A DNA stretch of 57,910 nucleotides from Candidatus Aenigmatarchaeota archaeon (lineage in GTDB: Archaea; Aenigmatarchaeota; Aenigmatarchaeia; GW2011-AR5). Location: positions 1 to 57,910 of the forward strand of contig JAZDNV010000031.1 of NCBI GenBank assembly GCA_043799385.1. Reading direction: 5' to 3'. Made by a program: the position numbers and the translations under genes. Positions 18,717 through 27,440 of this stretch are shown piece by piece. How positions within the stretch are numbered: the stretch's first letter is position 1; every line of letters begins with the position of its first letter. Below the pieces are notes generated by a model. The model saw only the letters and a program-made list of their open reading frames with translations, made no database searches and was not told where the DNA came from.

Positions 18717-18833
18717 TTATCTCTTCTTCCTGAGCTTTTGCTTGCACGCGAAGCATATCCATTTCTCGTCAATCCTGTCAACTAGGCGCGTTCTGCTGCA
18801 TACAGAACATTTCTTTATGGACAGTTTCATCAT
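18717..18833 (-). CDS. Small zinc-finger protein (38 aa)
   Basis: MMKLSIKKCSVCSRTRLVDRIDEKWICFACKQKLRKKR: CxxC...CxxC; fills the gap between flanking co-oriented genes. Confidence 0.7.
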   Translation of the reverse strand: MMKLSIKKCSVCSRTRLVDRIDEKWICFACKQKLRKKR

Positions 18834-18838
18834 GTTTT

Positions 18839-19135
18839 CTACCTTTTTCTTATCTGGTACGTTCCGCCCTTAAGCGCGGTTTTTGCCTGCCTGATGCCGG
18901 ACATGACGTACCCGAACATGCGGCTTCGTTCGAACCTTGATATCCTTTGCTCTTCCAGCATGACCAGCGTTGGTTCGATGTTGTCAAGCATCCTTAATGC
19001 CGAACCCCTTTTTTCCGCATTTCTTTCCCTGTCGGCCTTCTCCCTTACCTTATCGTATCTTTTTCTGAGAAGATAAATCTTTCTTCTGTAGCTGAGCATG
19101 AATGATATAAATCCTGCAATCCTTCTGAAGACCAT
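18839..19135 (-). CDS. Hypothetical basic helical protein
   Basis: 98-aa ORF co-oriented with the downstream zinc finger; no family recognised. Confidence 0.6.
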   Translation of the reverse strand: MVFRRIAGFISFMLSYRRKIYLLRKRYDKVREKADRERNAEKRGSALRMLDNIEPTLVMLEEQRISRFERSRMFGYVMSGIRQAKTALKGGTYQIRKR

Positions 19136-19180
19136 AATAATTTTTATCCTTGCAAATATAAATATGATTAAGGGTTGTAA

Positions 19181-19810
19181 ATGAACCGCATTGGCGTTGA
19201 TGAATCAGGTAAAGGCGATTATTTCGGTTATCTTGTTGTCGCAGGCGTCTTCGTTGACGAAAAAAACGAATCAAAGCTAAAAGGATTGGGCGTAAAGGAT
19301 TCGAAGATGATAGGCGATGGCAGAATTATGGTTCTTGACAGGGAGATAAGAAAAATAGCCAAACACGAGATACTCAAGATATCTCCGGAAAAATACAATC
19401 AGTTGTACGGCAGGTTCGAATCGTTAAACACTTTGCTGGCTTGGGGCCATGCCAGGGTGATAGAGAACCTTCTCGCCGATGTTAAATGCGATCTAGTAAT
19501 AAGCGACAAGTTTGCGGACGAAAAGATACTCAATAACTCATTGTTTGAAAATGGGAGAAAGATAAAACTAATACAGAAGATACACGGAGAGAGCGATATT
19601 TCAGTCGCCGCTGCCTCTATTCTTGCAAGGGCTGAATTTCTGAGAACGCTGAAACGACTCAGCAGAGAGATTGGCTATAATCTGCCGAAGGGCGCAATCG
19701 TGGATAGCGCTGCAACGGAGATTGTAAAAAAATACGGCGAGAATATGTTATTTAGAGTAGCAAAGGTCCATTTCAAGATAACCAAAAGGGTTCTGAAAAA
19801 TCTGAAGTGA
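19181..19810 (+). CDS. rnhC: Ribonuclease HIII-like (catalytic domain only)
   Basis: IGVDESGKGDYFG, VKDSK, LN.LLAWGHA, VAAASILAR, LPKGA, AKVHF. Confidence 0.85.
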   Translation: MNRIGVDESGKGDYFGYLVVAGVFVDEKNESKLKGLGVKDSKMIGDGRIMVLDREIRKIAKHEILKISPEKYNQLYGRFESLNTLLAWGHARVIENLLADVKCDLVISDKFADEKILNNSLFENGRKIKLIQKIHGESDISVAAASILARAEFLRTLKRLSREIGYNLPKGAIVDSAATEIVKKYGENMLFRVAKVHFKITKRVLKNLK

Positions 19811-20335
19811 TTATCTCTTCATCTTCGGAACGTCCAAAAGCTCAGACGCGTCTAATAGTGCTATTCCTGCATTCTCTCCGATTATCTCCACTTTCACGAT
19901 TTTCTGCGGATTCTTTAAGTCGACCTTTGGCTTTGTTATGTTTTCAGTCAGTTTCATGATCAAGTCAGTCGTGCTTCCTTGATACTGCCTTTTGTTCAGG
20001 TCCATCTTCCAGCTTTCATCTGCGCCTATTTTTGCGTCAAACTTCTTCATCTCATTCGAAAGCGACGCTAAATCAGACGAGCACCACTTGTCTATCGGTG
20101 TCCACTTGAACGTGAGCTCGAATCTAGACGAATCGTCGTTGAACACTCCTATCAATTCCTTTACAGCCTTCTTGGCGTCCTTTACCTTCAGGAGCAGAAG
20201 CCCTTCGACATCGCTGTCAATGAACGTTGCCTTTTCTCCAGCATCTTTCAGAAGCGCTGTCACCTCGTCCTTGGCCTTTCCGCTGTGTGAAGGGTCGCAT
20301 GTTATCAAAAGGTTTGCATCCATCGTCCTCACCAA
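19811..20335 (-). CDS. Stand-alone THUMP-domain RNA-binding protein
   Basis: NLLITCD...G, PID.WC, KVDLKNP.KIV.VEII. Confidence 0.8.
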   Translation of the reverse strand: MVRTMDANLLITCDPSHSGKAKDEVTALLKDAGEKATFIDSDVEGLLLLKVKDAKKAVKELIGVFNDDSSRFELTFKWTPIDKWCSSDLASLSNEMKKFDAKIGADESWKMDLNKRQYQGSTTDLIMKLTENITKPKVDLKNPQKIVKVEIIGENAGIALLDASELLDVPKMKR

Positions 20336-20477
20336 AATTATTACAGTGACAATCTTTAAATGGCTAAGCTATCCCAAGGAGCTTTGCACAGAAAGTGTTC
20401 GCGCACGATGCATCAAAGTTGAAATCACTTCGCAGTGGTTCTACTGTTTTAAATACAACTTCTTATAAAATCTGCTA

Positions 20478-21899
20478 ATGCTTAAGGATGTCGCAAAATC
20501 CATACTCGTGAAGGGAAAGTACGAGAAGAAGGACTACGGTCTTGGCAAGAATCTGAGCAACCTGACCAATAGCGGCGTGCTAGATTCTTCCTCGTACAGC
20601 ATCGCGAACTCCTACATCACGCCTTACGCCCTGGCGCTGGGCGCGACGAACGCTGAGATAGGTTTTCTGAATGCGTTGAAGGGCATGGCCCAAGCGGTCG
20701 GGCAGTTGCCGGGCGCAAGGATGACCGACATGTTCAGCAGGAAGTTCGTCTTTATTTTTGCGATGATAGTTTCAAGGTTGTTCTGGATTCCTATAATAAT
20801 ATTGCCTTTTCTGCACCTGTCAAATACGGTTTTTTTGCTCATCGTTCTGTTCACAATAGCGACATTTGTTCTCAATTTCAACTCGCCTGCATGGGCAAGC
20901 CTTGCTGGCGACATCGTACCGGAAAGCATTCGTGGACGATATTTCGGCAAAAGGAATTTCATCACAGGCCTGTCGGGATTGATAGCAACGATGGCAGCGG
21001 GCGTTCTGGTGTATTACGGATTTCCGCTCATTTTCATCATATCCGTCGTACTAGGCTTGGCTTCGCTTATCTTGTTTGCGAGGATTGCAGAGCCGAAGAC
21101 CAGGCAGGCGTTCCATTATAAATACAGTTTTTCGTTTGACATGAAGGCAATAAAGAATGGCATACTCATAAACAAAGAATTAACGATGTTCACTATTTTT
21201 CTCGCATTCATGAACTTTGCTGTCAACGTGGCTTCGCCGTTCTTTGCAGTCTATCAGCTGAGAGACATGAATGTCGGTTACCTGTGGTTCGGAGCGCTAC
21301 TTTCATTCGGTGCGCTGACAACAATAATATTCCAGCCGTACTGGGGACGTTTGAGCGACCGCTTTGGCAACAAGAAGATAGTTGCAGCCAACGGCATTCT
21401 GGTGTGCTTCGTTCCGTTCCTTTACCTGTTCGTTTCATCGCCGTGGCACATTCTTGGTGTAGAAGTGTTCTCCAGTTTTGCCTGGTCCGGGTTTGACATG
21501 GCGACATTCAATTTCATGCTCGCGCTTACGCCGCAGGGTAAGCGTTCGCAGTATATAGCCAACCACAGGTTTTTCATCGGCATTGGCGCAATAGCAGGCG
21601 CACTTCTCGGTGGAATAGCAGCCGAATCGCTGAAGAACTCAAGCTTCCTTTTCTGGCACGGCTTGCAGCTGATATTCCTGTTATCGTTCGTATTGCGCGT
21701 TGCTTCGCTTGCGTTCATAACAAAGATGCCAGGCGTCGAGAAAAAGCCGGTCGAATACTTTTTATACCGTTCAATCGCCATCGAACCCGTGAGGAGCATA
21801 ACGCACACCGTCTACACATTCCGCTTTGAGAATGTAGAGAAAATCATAATCAACTTTTTCAACAGAATTTACTATAAAATAAAGATGCTTAGTGCTTAA
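20478..21899 (+). CDS. MFS transporter
   Basis: About 12 TM segments; WGRLSDRFG.K motif A; RGRYFG.R. Confidence 0.9.
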   Translation: MLKDVAKSILVKGKYEKKDYGLGKNLSNLTNSGVLDSSSYSIANSYITPYALALGATNAEIGFLNALKGMAQAVGQLPGARMTDMFSRKFVFIFAMIVSRLFWIPIIILPFLHLSNTVFLLIVLFTIATFVLNFNSPAWASLAGDIVPESIRGRYFGKRNFITGLSGLIATMAAGVLVYYGFPLIFIISVVLGLASLILFARIAEPKTRQAFHYKYSFSFDMKAIKNGILINKELTMFTIFLAFMNFAVNVASPFFAVYQLRDMNVGYLWFGALLSFGALTTIIFQPYWGRLSDRFGNKKIVAANGILVCFVPFLYLFVSSPWHILGVEVFSSFAWSGFDMATFNFMLALTPQGKRSQYIANHRFFIGIGAIAGALLGGIAAESLKNSSFLFWHGLQLIFLLSFVLRVASLAFITKMPGVEKKPVEYFLYRSIAIEPVRSITHTVYTFRFENVEKIIINFFNRIYYKIKMLSA

Positions 21900-22032
21900 T
21901 GGTTTTTTTCTTCTTGCGTATAGCAAGCTTGTCCTTGCATATGTTGCACATATTTCCGAGATTAGCTCGTTCGATGTTTGAGCCGCACATTATGCATTTG
22001 TTTCTCGTCAATCGTCCCTCAACCAGCGCCAT
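21889..22032 (-). CDS. Small zinc-finger protein (47 aa)
   Basis: MALVEGRLTRNKCIMCGSNIERANLGNMCNICKDK: CxxC...CxxC with basic tail. Confidence 0.6.
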   Translation of the reverse strand: MALVEGRLTRNKCIMCGSNIERANLGNMCNICKDKLAIRKKKKTIKH

Positions 22033-22108
22033 GCAATCACTATTTAAGCCTTCTTTAGTTTTTCTTATGTTTGAAAACTTTTTAAGTTTAGTATCATTAA
22101 TAGATAAC

Positions 22109-22441
22109 ATGAAATTCCCATTTTTCGGCAAGAAGAAAGAAGTCGAAGGAACAGTAGAGGAATACACAGAGCTTCCGCTCGAGGGAGAGGAATTGGAGAA
22201 GCTTAAGATAATCATAGACAAGGTCGACGATTACATGAGCATCGACAGGATAATAAGAAACGTCCGCGAGGGAAACATAGTGATTGCAAGGATAAAGCAG
22301 CTGAAAGAGGAGAATGCCGAAGAGCTGAAGCATGCCATATCCAAGATAAAGACAGCGACTGTGAATTTTGATGGCGATATCGCCGGTGCAGGCGACGAGT
22401 GGCTGATTGTCACTCCGAGAAACGTGAGGATTGCAAGGTAG
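22109..22441 (+). CDS. sepF: Cell division protein SepF
   Basis: VREGNIVIARI, LKHAI.KIK, DGDIAG...WLIVTP..V.I; start moved to MKFPFFG. Confidence 0.88.
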   Translation: MKFPFFGKKKEVEGTVEEYTELPLEGEELEKLKIIIDKVDDYMSIDRIIRNVREGNIVIARIKQLKEENAEELKHAISKIKTATVNFDGDIAGAGDEWLIVTPRNVRIAR

Positions 22442-22509
22442 CCGTTTTCTGAATTAGTTATTTGCTGATAATCGAAAGAATCGAACAAATATAAAAACGA
22501 GGTGAAAAA

Positions 22510-22776
22510 ATGAGCGGAGGAATAAATGGAGAATTAAAAGGGTTCTATTTTGGAGGAATCGACCCGACAATGAGAAAGGAGATTGAGGATATTTTAAATA
22601 TGGTCAGAAAAGTTGATGGAATCGTAACAGTAGATCCGGTGACAGGGCCATATGATTTTATTGCAACAGGAAAAGCATACGGTATCGACGGTGTCAATGC
22701 TTTAAAAACTTCAATACAATGTGTAAAAGGAGTAACAAACTGCCTGCAATGTTATAGCATATCAGCAAAACAGTAA
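22510..22776 (+). CDS. Lrp/AsnC ligand-binding (RAM) domain protein
   Basis: GI..V..VTGPYDFIA pattern, no HTH; SD AGGTGA. Confidence 0.65.
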   Translation: MSGGINGELKGFYFGGIDPTMRKEIEDILNMVRKVDGIVTVDPVTGPYDFIATGKAYGIDGVNALKTSIQCVKGVTNCLQCYSISAKQ

Positions 22777-22866
22777 TGTTTGATTTTGCTGGCAGAAATC
22801 CAAACCTTTAAAAAGATTTTAAAGTATGAAAATGATGAGAGATTATTCTCTTAGAAGGTGTTAAAA

Positions 22867-24135
22867 ATGGCAGAAAAGAAACCACATCTTAACTTAGTAA
22901 CAATAGGCCACGTAGACCATGGAAAGTCTACCCTAGTAGGAAGACTGCTCTACGACACAGGAGCAATCAGAGACGATGCACTGAGAAAACTAAAGGACTT
23001 GGCAAAGGAGCTGAAAAAGGAAACGTTCGAGTTCGCTTTTGTCATGGACAGACTGAAGGAAGAGAGAGAACGTGGTGTAACGATAGATATAATGCACCAG
23101 AGGTTCGACACGCAGAAATTCTATTTCACCATTATTGACTGCCCAGGCCACAGAGATTTTGTCAAAAACATGATCACTGGTACAAGCCAGGCAGACGGAG
23201 CAATTCTGGTTGTTTCTGCGAAAGAAGGCGTTCAGGACCAGACAAAAGAGCACGCATACCTTGCAAAGGTTCTTGGAGTCAATCAGATGATTGTAGCGAT
23301 AAACAAGATGGATGCAGTGAATTACGACGAGAAGAAATACACAGAGACAAAGGAAAATGCAGAGAAGCTGCTGAAGGGTGTCGGGTTCAAGGTAGAAGAG
23401 ATACCTTTCATTGCGTTGTCAGGTTACATTGGCGACAACATAGTCAAGAAATCCGACAAGATGCAATGGTATAAAGGTCCGACACTTGTGGAGGCATTGG
23501 ATGGCTTCAAGGTTCCGGAACACCCGGTCGACAAGCCGTTGAGATTGCCTGTCCAGGATGTGTATTCTATTACAGGCGTCGGTACTGTACCGGTCGGAAG
23601 AGTGGAAACAGGCATCTTGAGAATAAACGACAAGATTGTTTTCATGCCTTCCAACGCAGTAGGCGAGGTCAAGTCAATAGAGATGCATCATGAACAGTAT
23701 CAGGAGGCAAAGCCCGGTGACAACATCGGGTTCAACGTCCGTGGTGTCGAGAAGAAGTCAATCAAGAGGGGCGACATAGTTTGTCATGCGGACAAGCCGG
23801 CAAAACCGGTTAAAGAGTTCACAGCACAGATAATCGTGCTGAACCACCCGAGCGTCATAAGCAAGGGTTATACGCCAGTTTTCCATGTCCACACTGCACA
23901 AATTGCCTGCACGGTCATAGAGATTGTGAAGAAAATCGACCCAAAGACAGGTGCTGTTTCGCAGGAACATCCTGATTTCATAAAAACAGGAGACGCAGCC
24001 ATCATAAAAGTTAAACCAACAAAGCCTCTGATAATAGAGAAGCAGTCAGAAATACCAGAGATGGCAAGATTTGCTATTAGGGACATGGGCCAGACAGTGG
24101 CAGCAGGAATATGCATAGATACGGTTCCTGAATAA
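22867..24135 (+). CDS. tuf: Translation elongation factor aEF-1 alpha
   Basis: [30 protein letters not shown]; archaeal-type three-domain EF-1a. Confidence 0.99.
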   Translation: MAEKKPHLNLVTIGHVDHGKSTLVGRLLYDTGAIRDDALRKLKDLAKELKKETFEFAFVMDRLKEERERGVTIDIMHQRFDTQKFYFTIIDCPGHRDFVKNMITGTSQADGAILVVSAKEGVQDQTKEHAYLAKVLGVNQMIVAINKMDAVNYDEKKYTETKENAEKLLKGVGFKVEEIPFIALSGYIGDNIVKKSDKMQWYKGPTLVEALDGFKVPEHPVDKPLRLPVQDVYSITGVGTVPVGRVETGILRINDKIVFMPSNAVGEVKSIEMHHEQYQEAKPGDNIGFNVRGVEKKSIKRGDIVCHADKPAKPVKEFTAQIIVLNHPSVISKGYTPVFHVHTAQIACTVIEIVKKIDPKTGAVSQEHPDFIKTGDAAIIKVKPTKPLIIEKQSEIPEMARFAIRDMGQTVAAGICIDTVPE

Positions 24136-24165
24136 ATTTTTTGTTCTTGTTTTTGTTTTTCTATT

Positions 24166-24240
24166 AATTTCAAAACATCTTAGCTAAAGCTATAATGTTG
24201 TTTTGAATTGAGATGTCTGGACATACAGAAATCTCATTTT
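24166..24240. repeat. Palindromic intergenic element, family B copy 1
   Basis: TTCAAAACA...TGTTTTGAA stem enclosing TAGCT-AA-AGCTA; shares TTTCAAAACAT and ATCTCATT blocks with 26906-26985. Confidence 0.5.
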
Positions 24241-24266
24241 TAATATTTAGCCATTGCAATAATTTT

Positions 24267-24521
24267 ATGGAAATCGAGGTAAAGGAAATCTTTCTGGACG
24301 AGTGGGTAAAGCTGCACACGTTCATCAGCAGGAACTATGACAGGAAGGCGAAAAAGCACCTAGTTTTTGTGACAGGCGTGAGCTTTGCCGGCCTTACAGA
24401 TGTATACAAAGGCAAGCGTGGAGACGTACACCAGGTCTATCGTGGCGTCACGCTGTACGTAAGGGACGGCATACCGAAAAAGAAGCGAGACGAATTGAAA
24501 TCGATAATCGGAGATTTCTGA
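24267..24521 (+). CDS. Hypothetical protein (84 aa)
   Basis: ATG 24267 more plausible than track start; stop codon completed by first base of MITE copy 2. Confidence 0.6.
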   Translation: MEIEVKEIFLDEWVKLHTFISRNYDRKAKKHLVFVTGVSFAGLTDVYKGKRGDVHQVYRGVTLYVRDGIPKKKRDELKSIIGDF

Positions 24522-24619
24522 GCTTTGTTTAAAAACTAGGCTATCATCCTGCTATTAGCGATGATAGCCTATCCATCGATGGACATCATACAGATGTCCA
24601 TCACTTTTTAAACAAAGCT
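24521..24619 (-). mobile_element. MITE copy 2
   Basis: Perfect 15-bp TIRs; perfect 9-bp TSD AGATTTCTG (24512-24520 / 24620-24628); reverse complement of copy 1 except one base and the loop of hairpin 2. Confidence 0.92.
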
Positions 24620-24684
24620 AGATTTCTGAAAACGTTTTAATACTTAATCATTAATTTAATAGGAATAGTGTTTGAGTGGTATTT

Positions 24685-25011
24685 ATGCAAATCGCAAGAA
24701 TAAAACTGGCGGGCAAGGACCCGAGGCAGCTGGATGATTTATGCAGTGAAATCAAGGACATGTCCGAGAAATTGGGCGTTGCAGTGAATGGTCCGATACC
24801 GCTGCCGACAAAGAAGTTGAAGATACCTGTGATGAAGACGCCTTGCGGGGACGGCATGCACCGCGGCGGAGGCGGCGGTGGCTGGGAAAGATGGGAGATG
24901 CGCATTCACAAACGAATTCTGGACGTCGGCGCTAACGAGCGCGTTTTAAGGCAGATTACACGAATCCGCATTCCGCGGGACGTCAACATCGAGATTGAGT
25001 TAAGAGATTAA
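24685..25011 (+). CDS. rps10: 30S ribosomal protein uS10
   Basis: ARIKL.G, GPIPLPTK, TPCGDG, WEMRIHKR. Confidence 0.96.
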   Translation: MQIARIKLAGKDPRQLDDLCSEIKDMSEKLGVAVNGPIPLPTKKLKIPVMKTPCGDGMHRGGGGGGWERWEMRIHKRILDVGANERVLRQITRIRIPRDVNIEIELRD

Positions 25012-25047
25012 AAATAGCAAGATATTCGGTTTTGTTGTTACTATAGT

Positions 25048-25701
25048 TTATTTTACAAGCTTGAGTTCCTTCAATTTTTCCGATATCTTATTTACCATTA
25101 TTTCTGGCGGTATATCAATCTGAGTGCATTCGATGTCAACAACAAGGCCTTTTTTCTTGTAGAAATCTATCAACGGAGACGTGTTTTTATAATATTCTTC
25201 CAACCTTTTCTTAACTCCTTCATGCGTTTCATCGTCTCTTTGAATCAATTCACCGCCGCACTTGTCGCAAATTCCGGCTTTTTTCGGCTTCAGGGTCTTT
25301 GTGTTGTAGATGGTTTTGCATTTGCTGCAAGTAATTCTGGTAGACAATCTTTCCAGTAAAATCCATTCCGGAACTTTCAGATTTATCACAGCATCCAAAC
25401 CGGATATATTTTCCAGCGCTTCTGCCTGGGCTAATGTTCTTGGAAAGCCGTCAAAAATAAAACCTTTTTTACAATCAGGTTTTTTCAGCCTAATCTTGAT
25501 TAATTTCATGATAATTTCGTCTGATACAAGAATCCCTGCGTTTATTGTTGATTCAACTTTTTCTCCAATCTCAGTCTTTTTTGCTATTTCTTCCCTCAGT
25601 ATATCTCCGGTAGATATATGGGCAATGTTTAGCTTTGGAGCAAGCCTGGAAGCATAGGTTCCTTTTCCAGAGCCCTGTGGTCCTATTATAATTAGGTTCA
25701 T
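25048..25701 (-). CDS. adk: Adenylate kinase (bacterial-type, Zn lid)
   Basis: GPQGSGKGT, STGDILR, DGFPRT, CSKC...CDKC lid, QRDDE. Confidence 0.93.
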   Translation of the reverse strand: MNLIIIGPQGSGKGTYASRLAPKLNIAHISTGDILREEIAKKTEIGEKVESTINAGILVSDEIIMKLIKIRLKKPDCKKGFIFDGFPRTLAQAEALENISGLDAVINLKVPEWILLERLSTRITCSKCKTIYNTKTLKPKKAGICDKCGGELIQRDDETHEGVKKRLEEYYKNTSPLIDFYKKKGLVVDIECTQIDIPPEIMVNKISEKLKELKLVK

Positions 25702-25794
25702 CTTATCACTTTCTTCTACCTTGATTCCTTTAATTTAAATTCTTAACGAAAGTTTACAGCACTGTTTTTATACCTTTGTTATTATATTATATTT

Positions 25795-26253
25795 ATGAAA
25801 TTGAAGGGCGAGGTTGTTTCTGGCGTTCACCGCGGCAAGCCGCTGATAAGGATATACCATCTCCGCTTGACAGGAATACTCGGTTTTGAGCCGTTCAAGG
25901 GAACGCTGGACATAAAGATGGAAAAGCCGATAGACATCAGACCATATTCAACGAAGGCAATAGAACAGGTGCTTCTAGACGGTACAAAAAAAGTGGATGC
26001 CTATCTCGCGCCAGTTATACTGTCGTTCAAAGGACAGAGCCACATCTGTTGGGCGATGCGGCACGAAACAATCTACAGCAGCGATACAATCGAAATCGTG
26101 TCAAAAGATAAATTAAAGGAGAAAATGTCTCTGAAAGACGGAGACGAAGTCGAGATAACCTTCACCGAGGAGAAGAAGAAAGAAAAGAGTATCCCCGGCA
26201 TGGAGATAATGAAAAGGCTCTATGGCCGCGAGACGCATCTAATGAAGTCTTGA
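25795..26253 (+). CDS. CTP-dependent riboflavin kinase-like (DUF120), divergent
   Basis: GEVVSG, LGFEPFKGTLD, IEIVS...L...GDEVEI. Confidence 0.7.
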   Translation: MKLKGEVVSGVHRGKPLIRIYHLRLTGILGFEPFKGTLDIKMEKPIDIRPYSTKAIEQVLLDGTKKVDAYLAPVILSFKGQSHICWAMRHETIYSSDTIEIVSKDKLKEKMSLKDGDEVEITFTEEKKKEKSIPGMEIMKRLYGRETHLMKS

Positions 26254-26258
26254 TTGCT

Positions 26259-26906
26259 ATGGAATTAATGACAACAAATTTTTTTGGAGACAGGAATCTT
26301 GGTTTATACGGCTTTGCGACTGACGAATACTGCTTTCTCGGCTTCAAATCAAAGCTCACTAAAAAGATATCCAAAATCCTTCGCGTGAAGGTTTTCAGCT
26401 CAACGATACTTGATACGTACTTAGCAGGAATATTCGTTACCGGCAACTCACGCGGTATCGTTCTTCCAAAGATTCTTGAAGAATATGAGCTCAAGGCGAT
26501 AGACGTCGATGTAGTCAAGTTAGAGAGCAGATACACCGCGTTAGGCAATTTAATCCTGATGAACGACAGCGGGATAATATTATCTCCGCTGCTGAGGAAC
26601 AAGAAACCACAGATAGAGAATTTTTTCAAGATTCCGTGCAGAATAACGACCATTGCTGGGATGAACATGGTCGGCAGCCTTGCGATTGCGACAAATAAAG
26701 GATGCCTGACTGCTCCAAAGATAACAGAAACCGAGAAAAAAATTCTTGAAGAGACGCTACGAGTTCCGATAGATATAGGAACGGTGAGCTTTGGCACCCA
26801 GTTCGTTAAGTCAGGGATAATCGCAAATTCAAACGGTTTTCTGGCATCTGACACATCGTCCGGGCCCGAACTGGGACGGATAAACGAGGCATTGGGTTTT
26901 TTGTGA
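26259..26906 (+). CDS. eif6: Translation initiation factor 6 (aIF6)
   Basis: G..NLG, GN.IL.ND.G, VGS...TNKG, GTVSFG..FV.SG..ANSNG, T.GPEL.RI.EAL. Confidence 0.92.
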   Translation: MELMTTNFFGDRNLGLYGFATDEYCFLGFKSKLTKKISKILRVKVFSSTILDTYLAGIFVTGNSRGIVLPKILEEYELKAIDVDVVKLESRYTALGNLILMNDSGIILSPLLRNKKPQIENFFKIPCRITTIAGMNMVGSLAIATNKGCLTAPKITETEKKILEETLRVPIDIGTVSFGTQFVKSGIIANSNGFLASDTSSGPELGRINEALGFL

Positions 26907-26985
26907 TTTTCAAAACATATCATAGACTTATCTATGATGTCTTTGAAAAGTCATGTTAGATGACATTTTCAAAACATCTCATTCT
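26906..26985. repeat. Palindromic intergenic element, family B copy 2
   Basis: TTTTCAAA...TTTGAAAA stem with ATCATAGA/TCTATGAT core, GTCAT/ATGAC hairpin, 13-bp direct repeat ATTTTCAAAACAT (26906-26918, 26965-26977). Confidence 0.55.
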
Positions 26986-27017
26986 TTAATATCTTTCTAA
27001 TAAAATGTATTGTGTGA

Positions 27018-27431
27018 TTGTCTATGGAAAAAGAGCTCCAGAGAAAATATCTTCAGTTGCAGCTATTCAAGCAGCAATTGAACGCTATGGCTGAGGAAAA
27101 GGCGATGATAGATGAGCGTATGTCAGAGCTCTTTATTACGATAGACGCGATAAGCAAGCTTGGAAAGATAAAACAGGGAGAGGAGATTTGGTCTTCGCTC
27201 GGTTCCGGAGCGTTCGTAAGAAGCGGTATAAAGGATACTGAAAATGTTTTGGTCAGCATAGGCGCGGGCGTTGTTGTCAGCGAAACAAAGGAAAAAACAA
27301 TGGAAATACTAAAAAGCCGCGTAGATGAGCTCATGAAAATAGACAGCGATATGGTCGCGGAGATAAACAAACTCTCAAAAGAAGTTTATGAACTTGAGTC
27401 AGAGATACAACAGCTTGCTGAAAAAAAGTAG
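27018..27431 (+). CDS. pfdA: Prefoldin alpha subunit
   Basis: Coiled coil-beta-coiled coil; LGSGAFV, VLVSIGAGVVV; eIF6-pfdA-ftsY synteny. Confidence 0.92.
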   Translation: MSMEKELQRKYLQLQLFKQQLNAMAEEKAMIDERMSELFITIDAISKLGKIKQGEEIWSSLGSGAFVRSGIKDTENVLVSIGAGVVVSETKEKTMEILKSRVDELMKIDSDMVAEINKLSKEVYELESEIQQLAEKK

Positions 27432-27440
27432 AAGATTATT

